From NCBI GenBank assembly GCA_016201405.1, contig JACQCZ010000001.1:8432-72431 (forward strand): a stretch of DNA of 64,000 nucleotides. Reading direction: 5' to 3'. The translations under genes were made by a program, and so were the position numbers. The first letter of the stretch is position 1. The number at the start of each line of letters is the position of its first letter. The stretch comes from Candidatus Acetothermia bacterium (GTDB lineage: Bacteria; Bipolaricaulota; Bipolaricaulia; RBG-16-55-9). Positions 1 to 8,500 of this stretch are shown in pieces. The notes beneath the pieces are model-generated. The model was not told the DNA's origin. It saw only the letters and a program-made list of their open reading frames with translations, and searched no databases.

Positions 1-1192
1 GCACTGTGGGCAGGTGGAGCAGCTTGGTCACAATGCGCCGACTCATCTGCTCAATCGCTTCACGATCCCGCTCCGGGAGCGAGCCTAGCTTCTGGAGCGT
101 CCGCTCGACCTCCTGGTGACGCACATCTTCGGCGTGATCACGAAGAGCTTTCACGGTAGGGAGAGATTCTAGTGAGCTTAGCCACGTTGTAAAACAAGAG
201 ACCTCGCCCTCGATAATTTTAAGGGCTTTGGGAACTTCTCGCTCACGCTTTTGGCGGTTCTTCTCGACAACAGCCGCAAGATCATCAAGATTGTAAAGAT
301 GTACCCCGACAATGGCCTGAACCTCTGGATCGATGTCTCGCGGCATAGCAATGTCCACAAAAAACAGAGGCATCTTTCTCGTAGCCATGACATCTTTGAC
401 TTGGTCAGTCTGAATGACATGATGGGGCGCAGCCGTGGAGCTGATCACAACATCGACTTTTCGCAACATCTCATGCAGTGATTCCCAAGCAACCGCTTCG
501 CCACTCATGGCTCGGGCCAGCTCTTGGGCACGCGAAAGGGTACGATTGATCATATAGAGTCTCTTGATGCCGCGCTTTCGCAGTAATCGGGCGGCAAGCT
601 CACTCATCTCTCCAGAGCCGATGATGAGCGCCAGTTTGTCATCCAGCCCTCCGAGAACCTGTTCTGCCAAGTCCACGGCAAGAGAGCTGATGGAGGTGGG
701 CATCTTTCCAATCTCTGTCTCTGTGCGGACCTGCTTGCCAACGTTAACCGCCATCTGAAAGAGTTTCGACAGAATCTTTCCAGTCGTGTTGGCTCCCAGC
801 GCTGCCCCGTACGCCTCGCGTACTTGCCCCAGGACCTGATTTTCGCCCAATGCAATCGCATCCAATGCCGAGGCTACACGAAAGAGATGCATGGCCATCT
901 CACCAGATTCATAGCATCGAAGCCTTGAATGGATCTCTTCAATTGGGATTCCATGGAACTCGCTCATGAAACGTGAAATCTCATCTTGGATGCCAGCTAG
1001 AGCCGTCTCTGAGGCCACGCCATAAATCTCCGTACGCTGGCAGGTGGAAAGAATGACGGCCTCATAAAGGCCGCACTCTCTTTGCAGTCGCTCAAGAGCC
1101 GATGAAAGCACAGAAGATGCGAACGAGACTCTCTCTAATAAACTGAGAGGCGCCTGATTCTCATGGCTGATCCCGACTGCAAAGGGCCTCAT
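1..1192 (-). CDS. hemA: Glutamyl-tRNA reductase, 3' end beyond window edge
   Basis: Not in the ORF track. Translated by hand from ATG 1192, which overlaps the TetR stop (ATGA): MRPFAVGISHE..EAVILSTCQRTEIY..HLFRVASALDAIALGENQVLGQVR..IIGSGEM..DIAMPRDIDP; frame open to the window edge. Confidence 0.93.
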   Translation of the reverse strand, partial: MRPFAVGISHENQAPLSLLERVSFASSVLSSALERLQRECGLYEAVILSTCQRTEIYGVASETALAGIQDEISRFMSEFHGIPIEEIHSRLRCYESGEMAMHLFRVASALDAIALGENQVLGQVREAYGAALGANTTGKILSKLFQMAVNVGKQVRTETEIGKMPTSISSLAVDLAEQVLGGLDDKLALIIGSGEMSELAARLLRKRGIKRLYMINRTLSRAQELARAMSGEAVAWESLHEMLRKVDVVISSTAAPHHVIQTDQVKDVMATRKMPLFFVDIAMPRDIDPEVQAIVGVHLYNLDDLAAVVEKNRQKREREVPKALKIIEGEVSCFTTWLSSLESLPTVKALRDHAEDVRHQEVERTLQKLGSLPERDREAIEQMSRRIVTKLLHLPTV

Positions 1193-1776
1193 GATTTTAC
1201 CCTCAGTGCATGAAGTGCAAACTCTCCAATATAAGCACCTGTCTCTATGGGATCATATTCGCGATGAAAATGAGCCCGCTGAGAGATGGAGCGATTCACC
1301 ATACCCAGCACACAATCCGCTGATTTGTGCGCATCCGTCACACGAAACTCTTTCGATTGCATCCCATCCGAGATTATTTTTGTCAGCAGCGCATGGACCT
1401 GATCAAGATCCGACGCAAAGCGACGCATACTGATCGGGTCAAATTCCGTCTTCTCACGCACATAGAGTCCGGCATTGAGCAAATCTCGCGGGAAGGACTC
1501 TAAATAAACAGTAATAAATGACGTGAGCTTCTCGGCAGCAGATTGAGCGTTTTGGGAGATCAGCTCCAGTCTCTCCAGAAGAGATTTTAAGGTGACATGT
1601 TCGCGCGTCACAGCCTGAAAGAGTCCACGTTTGTCTCTAAAGTAGTAATAGACCATCGGCAGAGAGACTTGGGCTACGTTGCAGATCTCACGAACCGAGA
1701 CGTTGGCAAACCCCTTCTCTTTGAAGAGATGGGTGGCAACCTGGAGAATTCGCTCTCGAGATTGAGTCACGCTCAC
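1189..1776 (-). CDS. TetR/AcrR family transcriptional regulator
   Basis: N-terminal HTH RERILQVATHLFKEKGFANVSVREIC..VSLPMVYYYFRDK; strong SD AGGAGGTGAGG before GTG. Confidence 0.93.
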   Translation of the reverse strand: MSVTQSRERILQVATHLFKEKGFANVSVREICNVAQVSLPMVYYYFRDKRGLFQAVTREHVTLKSLLERLELISQNAQSAAEKLTSFITVYLESFPRDLLNAGLYVREKTEFDPISMRRFASDLDQVHALLTKIISDGMQSKEFRVTDAHKSADCVLGMVNRSISQRAHFHREYDPIETGAYIGEFALHALRVKS

Positions 1777-1793
1777 GCTTACCTCACCTCCTG

Positions 1794-1809
1794 TCTAACG
1801 CTCGTTAGA
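1794..1809. promoter_or_regulatory. Perfect 7-2-7 inverted repeat, probable TetR operator
   Basis: TCTAACG-CT-CGTTAGA lies between the -10 box and the SD of the TetR gene. Confidence 0.7.
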
Positions 1810-1837
1810 TGATATCCAATGGCCCAGCAGGGATCAA
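1809..1837 (-). promoter_or_regulatory. Sigma70-type promoter for tetR-hemA
   Basis: TTGATC-17 nt-TATCAT on the minus strand. Confidence 0.65.
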
Positions 1838-1874
1838 TGACACAAATCAACGAGCCAGCCTGAGAATGGACTCT

Positions 1875-1916
1875 AAAACAGCAAGGGCCAGCGAACGACA
1901 CTCGCCAGCCCTTGCT
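1875..1916 (-). terminator. Intrinsic terminator after the anti-sigma gene
   Basis: Stem AGCAAGGGC(TG)GCGA...TCGC(TG)GCCCTTGCT followed by GTTTT on the minus strand. Confidence 0.7.
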
Positions 1917-1929
1917 CACGAATAACCTC

Positions 1930-3129
1930 TTAGAATGGAGCCGTTGAAGTGGGCTCGGTCAGCCCATCTTTGTAAAGATCACTGCGATAGGCAAAGAGAC
2001 CTGCGGTTGTGTGCAAGCTCTCTTGCTTTGGCATATAGACAGCAACCAATTCGGTCTTTGACGTTGCATATAATTCAATCCAAAGTGTGCCATCATCGCT
2101 CTCTTCTTTGAGGCGATAGCGTGTTGTAGATATTGTGCCACCTGGGCTCTCCAAGAAGGCCTGGTCAACGCTGACCAGGTGCATCTTGCCCACACGCAAG
2201 GCTTGTGGCGCCAAATCCGTAAGGAGAATTTGGTCTGCAGCAACTCCCTGATCAAGCTGCTTCACGATGACCCGATGGATCAACTCAAACTGGCTCATAG
2301 TGCTAAAGTCACTGAGCACCGGGTATCCTTGCAGATCCACTTGGCGTCTGAGATTCTCATCTTGGCCAGAGTGGATCATCATGGCCTTGTCCTTGGAAAT
2401 TTCAGCCTCAGCACGATTGCCCTGATAGACCAGATTGCCAGTGATGAGATAGGAGCTGGGCCGATAATCAGAAGTCATGCTCAGCTCTTGAGATGCCGTC
2501 TTTCCCGCACCCGAGCGCTCGACGGAATTTATAGTGGAAGAGAGGCGCAAGACATCATTCCCATCTTTCTCTAGAGTAAAATCCTCTTTGGCAATTGCTT
2601 GGTTGCCAAGCATCGTTCTGTACGTTCCTTGCTGCAAAAATTGCTTTCCAACAACCACATACCCATTCACAATCATTGCCCCTAGCTCACTCGGGTTTGT
2701 GAGAACGCCAGTAGCGCCTGGCGCGTGCCCCAATATCGTCCCCAAATAGACTCCAACGGCCAGAATTATCACCATGAGCATCGAGAAGGAGAAGGCTAGG
2801 CGCGGACGCAAAAAGAAGCGGCGCTCTTTGGCAGGCTTCTCTGTTAGGCGAGTCATCGGATGCTCTCCAGTTGCTGGGCGACCACGCACACTCTCCAGCG
2901 CCTCTTGGAGCAAGACCTCAGAGAGATCGGGGACCTCTTGGAGAACTGCCGATTGGAGCCCCTTCATCTCATCTATTTCGTTACGACAGGTTGTGCAGTC
3001 CTGGAGATGGCTTTGAACACGGACACGCTCATCCGCTCCCAATGTGCCATTCAAATACCAGGGGAGCAATTCCAAAATCTCCTGGTGCCCATTTGGCTCA
3101 TTCTTCATGCGCCCTTTGAGATCTGCCAT
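1930..3129 (-). CDS. Zinc-binding (zf-HC2/ZAS) anti-sigma factor with one TM helix and a large extracytoplasmic domain
   Basis: LLPWYLNGTL..HLQDCTTC (HxxxCxxC); TM FSFSMLMVIILAVGVYLGTILG; overlaps the ECF sigma gene; SD AAGGAG. Confidence 0.88.
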   Translation of the reverse strand: MADLKGRMKNEPNGHQEILELLPWYLNGTLGADERVRVQSHLQDCTTCRNEIDEMKGLQSAVLQEVPDLSEVLLQEALESVRGRPATGEHPMTRLTEKPAKERRFFLRPRLAFSFSMLMVIILAVGVYLGTILGHAPGATGVLTNPSELGAMIVNGYVVVGKQFLQQGTYRTMLGNQAIAKEDFTLEKDGNDVLRLSSTINSVERSGAGKTASQELSMTSDYRPSSYLITGNLVYQGNRAEAEISKDKAMMIHSGQDENLRRQVDLQGYPVLSDFSTMSQFELIHRVIVKQLDQGVAADQILLTDLAPQALRVGKMHLVSVDQAFLESPGGTISTTRYRLKEESDDGTLWIELYATSKTELVAVYMPKQESLHTTAGLFAYRSDLYKDGLTEPTSTAPF

Positions 3130-3698
3130 AGCTCATCTCCTTTCATCCCTCGCTCAGCAAGGATCTCTTTCAGTCTCTGCTTGGCATAGAACATCCGGCT
3201 CTTCACCGTTCCAGCGTTTGTGTTCATGATCTCCGCAATCTCGTTATACGAAAGCCCCTGCTGGAAGGTGAGCTCAATCACCGTGCGGTGCTCTGCGGTG
3301 AGACCTTGGAGCGCCTGTCGCACTTCATTCATCAGATCCTCCCGTCCAACTTTGCGGCTTGCATCCGCTTGGGGATCCCCCGGAAGCTGCTCTGATTCAT
3401 GATCAGCCTCCGTAAGGAAGAGATCTTTTGCCTTACGCTCTTTGCGGCTCCATTCGAGCAACTTGCGATAGCCAATTCCCAGAATCCATGTCGATGCACG
3501 TGAGCTGCCATTGAACGTGGTCGCCCGGTTCCAGACGATGAGCATGGTCTCTTGAACCAGCTCCTGGGCGGCCTGGGCATCGCGGATGCGCTGTCGGAAG
3601 AAGGAATCCAGCCGCGGCTGATACCGCCTGTACAATTCCTCGAAGTCCGCCTCGCTGCCGCGGGCTACTCCCTCCAGCAGCCGGACATCCGGGTCCAT
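3105..3698 (-). CDS. ECF RNA polymerase sigma factor
   Basis: Region 2 AQELVQETMLIVW..STWILGI; region 4 GLSYNEIAEIMNTNAGTVKSRMFYAK. Confidence 0.95.
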   Translation of the reverse strand: MDPDVRLLEGVARGSEADFEELYRRYQPRLDSFFRQRIRDAQAAQELVQETMLIVWNRATTFNGSSRASTWILGIGYRKLLEWSRKERKAKDLFLTEADHESEQLPGDPQADASRKVGREDLMNEVRQALQGLTAEHRTVIELTFQQGLSYNEIAEIMNTNAGTVKSRMFYAKQRLKEILAERGMKGDELWQISKGA

Positions 3699-3721
3699 CG
3701 GCTCCGCGCCTCCTTACCCAC

Positions 3722-3754
3722 CTATTGAATGGCGTTATAAACCCACTTGGTTCA
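3722..3754 (-). promoter_or_regulatory. Putative ECF autoregulatory promoter
   Basis: TGAACC-17 nt-CATTCAATAG; the same motif and spacing recur at 5573-5605. Confidence 0.65.
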
Positions 3755-3780
3755 ATTTCCGCAGCCTTACAGCTAGGCTC

Positions 3781-4530
3781 TTATCCCCCGAAGATTACCA
3801 TAAATTGCAGACTGGGATAACCAAAGGCCTTCATCGGACCTCCGGGAACAGATTGTCCATCCACAAGCTGCCACTCTCCAATGCTGAGGTTTACGTTGTA
3901 TCCTGCACTCAGGCGCACACCCATGAAATCAAGCAACCGAATCTCGAGCGTTGCGAAGGGCTGCACGAACCCAAAATTGCGGTTCATCGAAAACTTGAGA
4001 GGTGGATTCTTGATAAAATCCTGAAAGCTGCCTTGAAAATCCTGGATGAGCCGAAGCTCCATGCTGCCAAATCCGATCAATCCACCGATGGAAAAATCTC
4101 CCAGATCCATCTCGCCCACGACATGATCAAACATGAATCCTTGCATGCTCATGGAGAAGATCACTCGGTTGAAGGCCATCTTGGTAGAGGTGGCTGGGAA
4201 GGTCCACTCTCCGGAAGTGGCCATTCCGCCCAGCCGAAAGTCAGCTCCGCCAAAGCCACCCCCGCCATACATCAGAAAGTACTGCTCATTCCCAAAGTTA
4301 AAGTCCCCTTGGATGTCCAGCGCGTCATTAAAACTCTTACTTAGCTCACTCAGATCGAGGAGAGCACCCACAGCAAATGGCCCCCCACCGCCACTGAACG
4401 CACCATCCGCAAGCAAAGTTGTCGGGGTGAGCAGCACCCAAGCGAGGACTCCCAAGACCATCGCCCCTCTCTTGACGGAAAACATTACGACACCACACTC
4501 CTTCAGCGATATCCGATTTCGTTGACTCAT
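3781..4530 (-). CDS. Exported hypothetical protein, probable outer-membrane beta-barrel
   Basis: Signal-peptide-like N-terminus ending LLA-D; Gly/aromatic alternating strands; C-terminal strand LQFMVIFGG. True start may be near 4485, after SD AAGGAG. Confidence 0.6.
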   Translation of the reverse strand: MSQRNRISLKECGVVMFSVKRGAMVLGVLAWVLLTPTTLLADGAFSGGGGPFAVGALLDLSELSKSFNDALDIQGDFNFGNEQYFLMYGGGGFGGADFRLGGMATSGEWTFPATSTKMAFNRVIFSMSMQGFMFDHVVGEMDLGDFSIGGLIGFGSMELRLIQDFQGSFQDFIKNPPLKFSMNRNFGFVQPFATLEIRLLDFMGVRLSAGYNVNLSIGEWQLVDGQSVPGGPMKAFGYPSLQFMVIFGG

Positions 4531-4549
4531 ATCAGTTCATGTCTTTTTT

Positions 4550-4558
4550 TGTGGATAA
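4550..4558 (-). promoter_or_regulatory. Single perfect DnaA-box sequence
   Basis: TTATCCACA in a short intergenic gap; isolated, so function is uncertain. Confidence 0.3.
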
Positions 4559-4578
4559 GTTCAACCGATTTACAACTT

Positions 4579-5490
4579 TTACTTGACAATCTCGAGAAGA
4601 ATCCGGCCTAGCTCTGAAGAGATGCTCAAATGAGAATTTCCTTTTCCAAGTAGCAGCTTGATTTTCTGCCCAGGCCAGCCTGTCTCCCGCTCGGTCGGCG
4701 TTTTGGGGCAGTTCTCGATCCCCTGAACTGTAATATCTTTCAGTTTTGTCTCCCCTTCTACAAGCGCAGAATCCTTGCAAGACAACTGCACCGATATATC
4801 TCCAACCGAATTCGTGAGATCGCCTTCCTGGAAGGTTGTGTTTTGCAGCGCAATACCGCCCACGTGGCTCTGCACATGAAGATCTTTTAGCTTTGAATCT
4901 CGAATGATAATCGATTGCGCTCCCACGGCAGGATCATTCTGAATCCCAGCCTCCTGACTGACCTCAAGCTGACCCTCAAAATGGAAGACCTCGATGGAGC
5001 CTACCACTTGATCAATCTGAAGCCTTGCATCCTTTGGGACACGAATGGTGTACTCAATCAATCCAACGCGCTCTTCTGAAAAGGGAGGAGTCAATTTGAA
5101 GTGCTTGCCGATAGCATCAGAGGCATTACTGCTGATCCGAATCGAATCTTGATCAGCTTTAATGTCCACATCCAACTCATCGAGAGGAAGGTTGCGGACA
5201 CGCTTCGTCCATTCGATGCTGACAAAGGGGCCTCCCACGACAAAAGAAGACTGGTCAACGCCTTCGATAACTATTCTTCCAATAAAATTGTCAATAATTA
5301 TCTGTTGTCCTATGTATGGGATGTCCTGGGAATTTTTCTCTTGGTTGTCGAACTCTTTCAGATCGAGCGTGCTGAGCAGAATGGGGCGCGGGATGCAGCC
5401 TGTCGTTAGCACTAATAGCACCAAGAGAGCTAGAGCTGCAAAGAATCTCTTTGATCTTCTGATCTTCGTTCTCTTCTCTTTTTTTGTCAT
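4579..5490 (-). CDS. DUF4097-like beta-strand-repeat lipoprotein
   Basis: Basic N-terminus, hydrophobic stretch, lipobox-like LTTG-C; IEYTIRVPKDARLQIDQVVGSI and repeated xGxI strands. Confidence 0.72.
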   Translation of the reverse strand: MTKKEKRTKIRRSKRFFAALALLVLLVLTTGCIPRPILLSTLDLKEFDNQEKNSQDIPYIGQQIIIDNFIGRIVIEGVDQSSFVVGGPFVSIEWTKRVRNLPLDELDVDIKADQDSIRISSNASDAIGKHFKLTPPFSEERVGLIEYTIRVPKDARLQIDQVVGSIEVFHFEGQLEVSQEAGIQNDPAVGAQSIIIRDSKLKDLHVQSHVGGIALQNTTFQEGDLTNSVGDISVQLSCKDSALVEGETKLKDITVQGIENCPKTPTERETGWPGQKIKLLLGKGNSHLSISSELGRILLEIVK

Positions 5491-5572
5491 AAAGATTCTC
5501 TTCTGGCAGCCCGTGTCATTCTGGTCAGATTGCGCCGTCTATGCAAATTCATCATTCAAAACAACTGCCACT

Positions 5573-5605
5573 CTAGTAAATGAGGCATATGGCCCATTGG
5601 GTTCA
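5573..5605 (-). promoter_or_regulatory. Putative ECF-dependent promoter for the DUF4097/barrel genes
   Basis: TGAACC-17 nt-CATTTACTAG, matching 3722-3754. Confidence 0.62.
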
Positions 5606-5607
5606 GA

Positions 5608-7797
5608 TTAAAAGAGAAGGCTCTGTGGGTCTACATCAATCTTGGTCTGTACAGACGACTTCGAATTGCCCAGCAAGTCGGCCAAGATCTTGTTGGTGCT
5701 CGACAAATCTTTTGTTTTAATCACCAGTTGCCAGCGATACTCTCCACGTAAGCGATAGGGCAATCCCTGGAACGGGCCAAGTACTTCTAGCCCGTGAAGG
5801 GCAGCCTCCTGAAGAGCAGCAGCCAAATGTTCAGTCTGCTCTTTGGCTCTCTCTGCGCTACGATCTTCACTGACAATTTTGACCAGATGAGTAAAGGGCG
5901 GATACCCCAACGACTCGCGAAAGGCCAGCTCTTCTTGATAGAAACCGACATAATCTCCCCGGGCGGCCTTCTGAATGGCATAATGATTGGGGTGATTGGT
6001 TTGGATGATCACCTCGCCTGGCTTTAAACCTCTCCCAGCGCGGCCAATCGCCTGGCTGATCAGTTGAAATGTTCGCTCACCAGCCCGAAAATCGGGCAGG
6101 TTGAGCAGCGTGTCAGCCGAGAGAATTCCCACCAGCGTAAGGTTGGGAAAGTCCAACCCGAGTCCGATCATCTGCGTGCCTACCAGAATCTGAATCTCGC
6201 CCTTTCTAAAGGATTCCAGAATAGCCCCATGCTCGCCGCGTCTTACAGAGTCAGAGTCCATACGCACAATGCTCACATTTGGAAAGGCTTCGCGCAGAAT
6301 AAGCTCTGCCTGCTCAGTTCCAGCTCCAATAAATTTTAAATCTTGTGATTGACACTTTTGGCATCGCCCCACTGAATAAGAATGACCACAAAAGTGACAA
6401 TCGAGCCTCTGTTCACGCAAGTGATAGACAAGCGCAATCCCGCAGCGCGGGCACTTCTGTGCAGTGCGACAATCTTTGCAGAGAACACATCGTGAAAAGC
6501 CCCGCAAATTGAGCAGGAGCAGCACTTGCTCGCCTGCATGCAGCCGCTGCGTGATTGCTTGCTGCAAGCGAGGACTAAGCACATGCTCTTCTCTGCCTAA
6601 ATCCACAACTTTGACCAAAGGCTGTGAGCCAGTGATGACGCGCTCTTTCAGCTCTAGGCGCTGGATGCCGCCCTTTTGTGAGCGCCAGTATGTCTCAAGC
6701 GAAGGGGTTGCACTGCCTAAAATTACTACAGCCTTTGATATCTTAGCTCGCTGCAAGGCGACGTCCCGGGCGTGATAGCGCGGAGCCGGGTCATCTTGCT
6801 TGTAGGTCGGCTCATGCTCTTCGTCCATGATCATAAGCCCCAGACGCGCAAGAGGAGAGAAAAGCACCGAGCGAACGCCAATCACAACATCGACTTCAGC
6901 ATCGCGAATGCGCTCCCACTCATGCGAGCGCTCTGTGCTCGTAAGCTGGCTATGATAGACGGCCAGCCTCTCACCAAAACGCGAGCGAAAGCGGGCGATC
7001 AGTTGTGGTGTGAGCGAGATCTCAGGCACTGCCACAATCGCTTGCTTCCCCATCTCCAGGGCTTTGTGAACGGCTCGCAAGTAAATCTCCGTCTTGCCGC
7101 TGGCGTTGACTCCGTGGAGCAGAAAGGTCCCCTCGCTGCGGTCCAGTGCTTGTAGAATCGCTTCCAATGCTTCCCTTTGCTCCGCATTCAGCGCATACTG
7201 AAAAGGCCCCTCGTGATACGCACTCTTAACATTGTAAGATATTGGACGACGCACGATCGCGATAATCCCTTTCTGTTCCAGAGATTTGAGTGGGCTGTCT
7301 GAGAGGTGAAGCTCGGCAAGAAGCTCTCTTGCTGAAGGCTCGCTCTTTCGAGTCAAAAGGGCTTTGAGGAGATTGGCCTGACTCTTTGAGCTTGATGAGA
7401 GCTTTTCAATCCAGCGTAGCGTCTCTTCCAAATCTGTCTTTAGATGAATGATGTTTCGCATGCGCGCTTTGCGGCGTTGAAGTAGCGACGGAACGAGTGC
7501 CGGGAGAGCAATGCCCAGCGGGCAGAGATAATGTTCGCTTATCCAGTGAGCTAGCTGGAAGCCTGGTTCGTCTACAACAGGCTCTTCGTCGATGAGATTT
7601 TTAATAAAGGCAAGCCTGCCCTTGAAGGAGCTTTGCGGTTTTAAAGCAACGACAAAGCCCGTCAGCTCCTCATCGCGAAAGGGAATACGCACCCGCATTC
7701 CACGCTCAATTTGACTCTGGAAATGTTCAGGAATGCGATAATCAAAGGTCTTGTCGATATCCCGCGGGACGGCAATCTCAGCGATTGAGTTCTCCAT
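5608..7797 (-). CDS. priA: Primosomal protein N' (replication restart helicase)
   Basis: Walker A GVNASGKTE, VPEISLTPQ, DEEH, two Cys4 zinc sites, GLDFP, ends DVDPQSL. Confidence 0.96.
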   Translation of the reverse strand: MENSIAEIAVPRDIDKTFDYRIPEHFQSQIERGMRVRIPFRDEELTGFVVALKPQSSFKGRLAFIKNLIDEEPVVDEPGFQLAHWISEHYLCPLGIALPALVPSLLQRRKARMRNIIHLKTDLEETLRWIEKLSSSSKSQANLLKALLTRKSEPSARELLAELHLSDSPLKSLEQKGIIAIVRRPISYNVKSAYHEGPFQYALNAEQREALEAILQALDRSEGTFLLHGVNASGKTEIYLRAVHKALEMGKQAIVAVPEISLTPQLIARFRSRFGERLAVYHSQLTSTERSHEWERIRDAEVDVVIGVRSVLFSPLARLGLMIMDEEHEPTYKQDDPAPRYHARDVALQRAKISKAVVILGSATPSLETYWRSQKGGIQRLELKERVITGSQPLVKVVDLGREEHVLSPRLQQAITQRLHAGEQVLLLLNLRGFSRCVLCKDCRTAQKCPRCGIALVYHLREQRLDCHFCGHSYSVGRCQKCQSQDLKFIGAGTEQAELILREAFPNVSIVRMDSDSVRRGEHGAILESFRKGEIQILVGTQMIGLGLDFPNLTLVGILSADTLLNLPDFRAGERTFQLISQAIGRAGRGLKPGEVIIQTNHPNHYAIQKAARGDYVGFYQEELAFRESLGYPPFTHLVKIVSEDRSAERAKEQTEHLAAALQEAALHGLEVLGPFQGLPYRLRGEYRWQLVIKTKDLSSTNKILADLLGNSKSSVQTKIDVDPQSLLF

Positions 7798-7801
7798 GCA
7801 A

Positions 7802-8500
7802 TCACATCAAGCTGTTTACAAGAGCCCCATCTCGCAGATAGAGCACCCGGCCCGCACGCTCCGCGCCTGCCGAGTCATGGGTAGCCAAAACGACTGTCTT
7901 CCCCGATTGATGGAAGTTCGTAAGCAATTGAAGAATTGCAGACCCGGACTCTGAATCGAGATTTCCGGTCGGCTCGTCGGCTAAGAGAAGAGCAGGATCG
8001 GCAGCTAGAGCTCTGGCCAATGCAATCCGCTGCTGCTCGCCACCGGAGAGCGTTGGCGGCTTTTGTTCAGCTCTCTGACTCAATTCTACTTGGGTCAGCA
8101 GTTCAAGCGCACGCTCCCGCCTCTTCTTTTGTGAAACATGCGCCAGTAAAAGAGGCAGCTCTATGTTCTCCACTGCTGTGAGAGTGGGGACCAAATTGAA
8201 GGTTTGAAAGACAAATCCCACATTCTGGCCACGCCACATTGCCAATTCATTTCTCGCAAAGTTGAGCAGATCACGGCCTTGCCAGAGCACACGTCCGCCC
8301 GATGGCCAATCAAGCCCGCCCATCAGATGGAGCAGTGAGGATTTTCCAGAGCCTGATTTCCCCATCACCGCGACAAATTCACCCGAGCCAATCTTAAGAT
8401 CGATCTCCCGCAATGCTGTGATCGCTGTCTGACCCGTCGGATAGAGTTTAGAGACTCTTTCAAGGGTGAGAAGAGGAGTTTTGAGGCTTTTCGCCGTCAT
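7802..8500 (-). CDS. ABC transporter ATP-binding protein, LolD/MacB/FtsE-like
   Basis: [41 protein letters not shown]; no permease gene adjacent. Confidence 0.92.
   Translation of the reverse strand: MTAKSLKTPLLTLERVSKLYPTGQTAITALREIDLKIGSGEFVAVMGKSGSGKSSLLHLMGGLDWPSGGRVLWQGRDLLNFARNELAMWRGQNVGFVFQTFNLVPTLTAVENIELPLLLAHVSQKKRRERALELLTQVELSQRAEQKPPTLSGGEQQRIALARALAADPALLLADEPTGNLDSESGSAILQLLTNFHQSGKTVVLATHDSAGAERAGRVLYLRDGALVNSLM

Noticed and set aside
4550-4558. Perfect DnaA box as evidence for oriC
   Set aside because: Single box in a 48-bp gap; no cluster, no AT-rich unwinding element, no dnaA.
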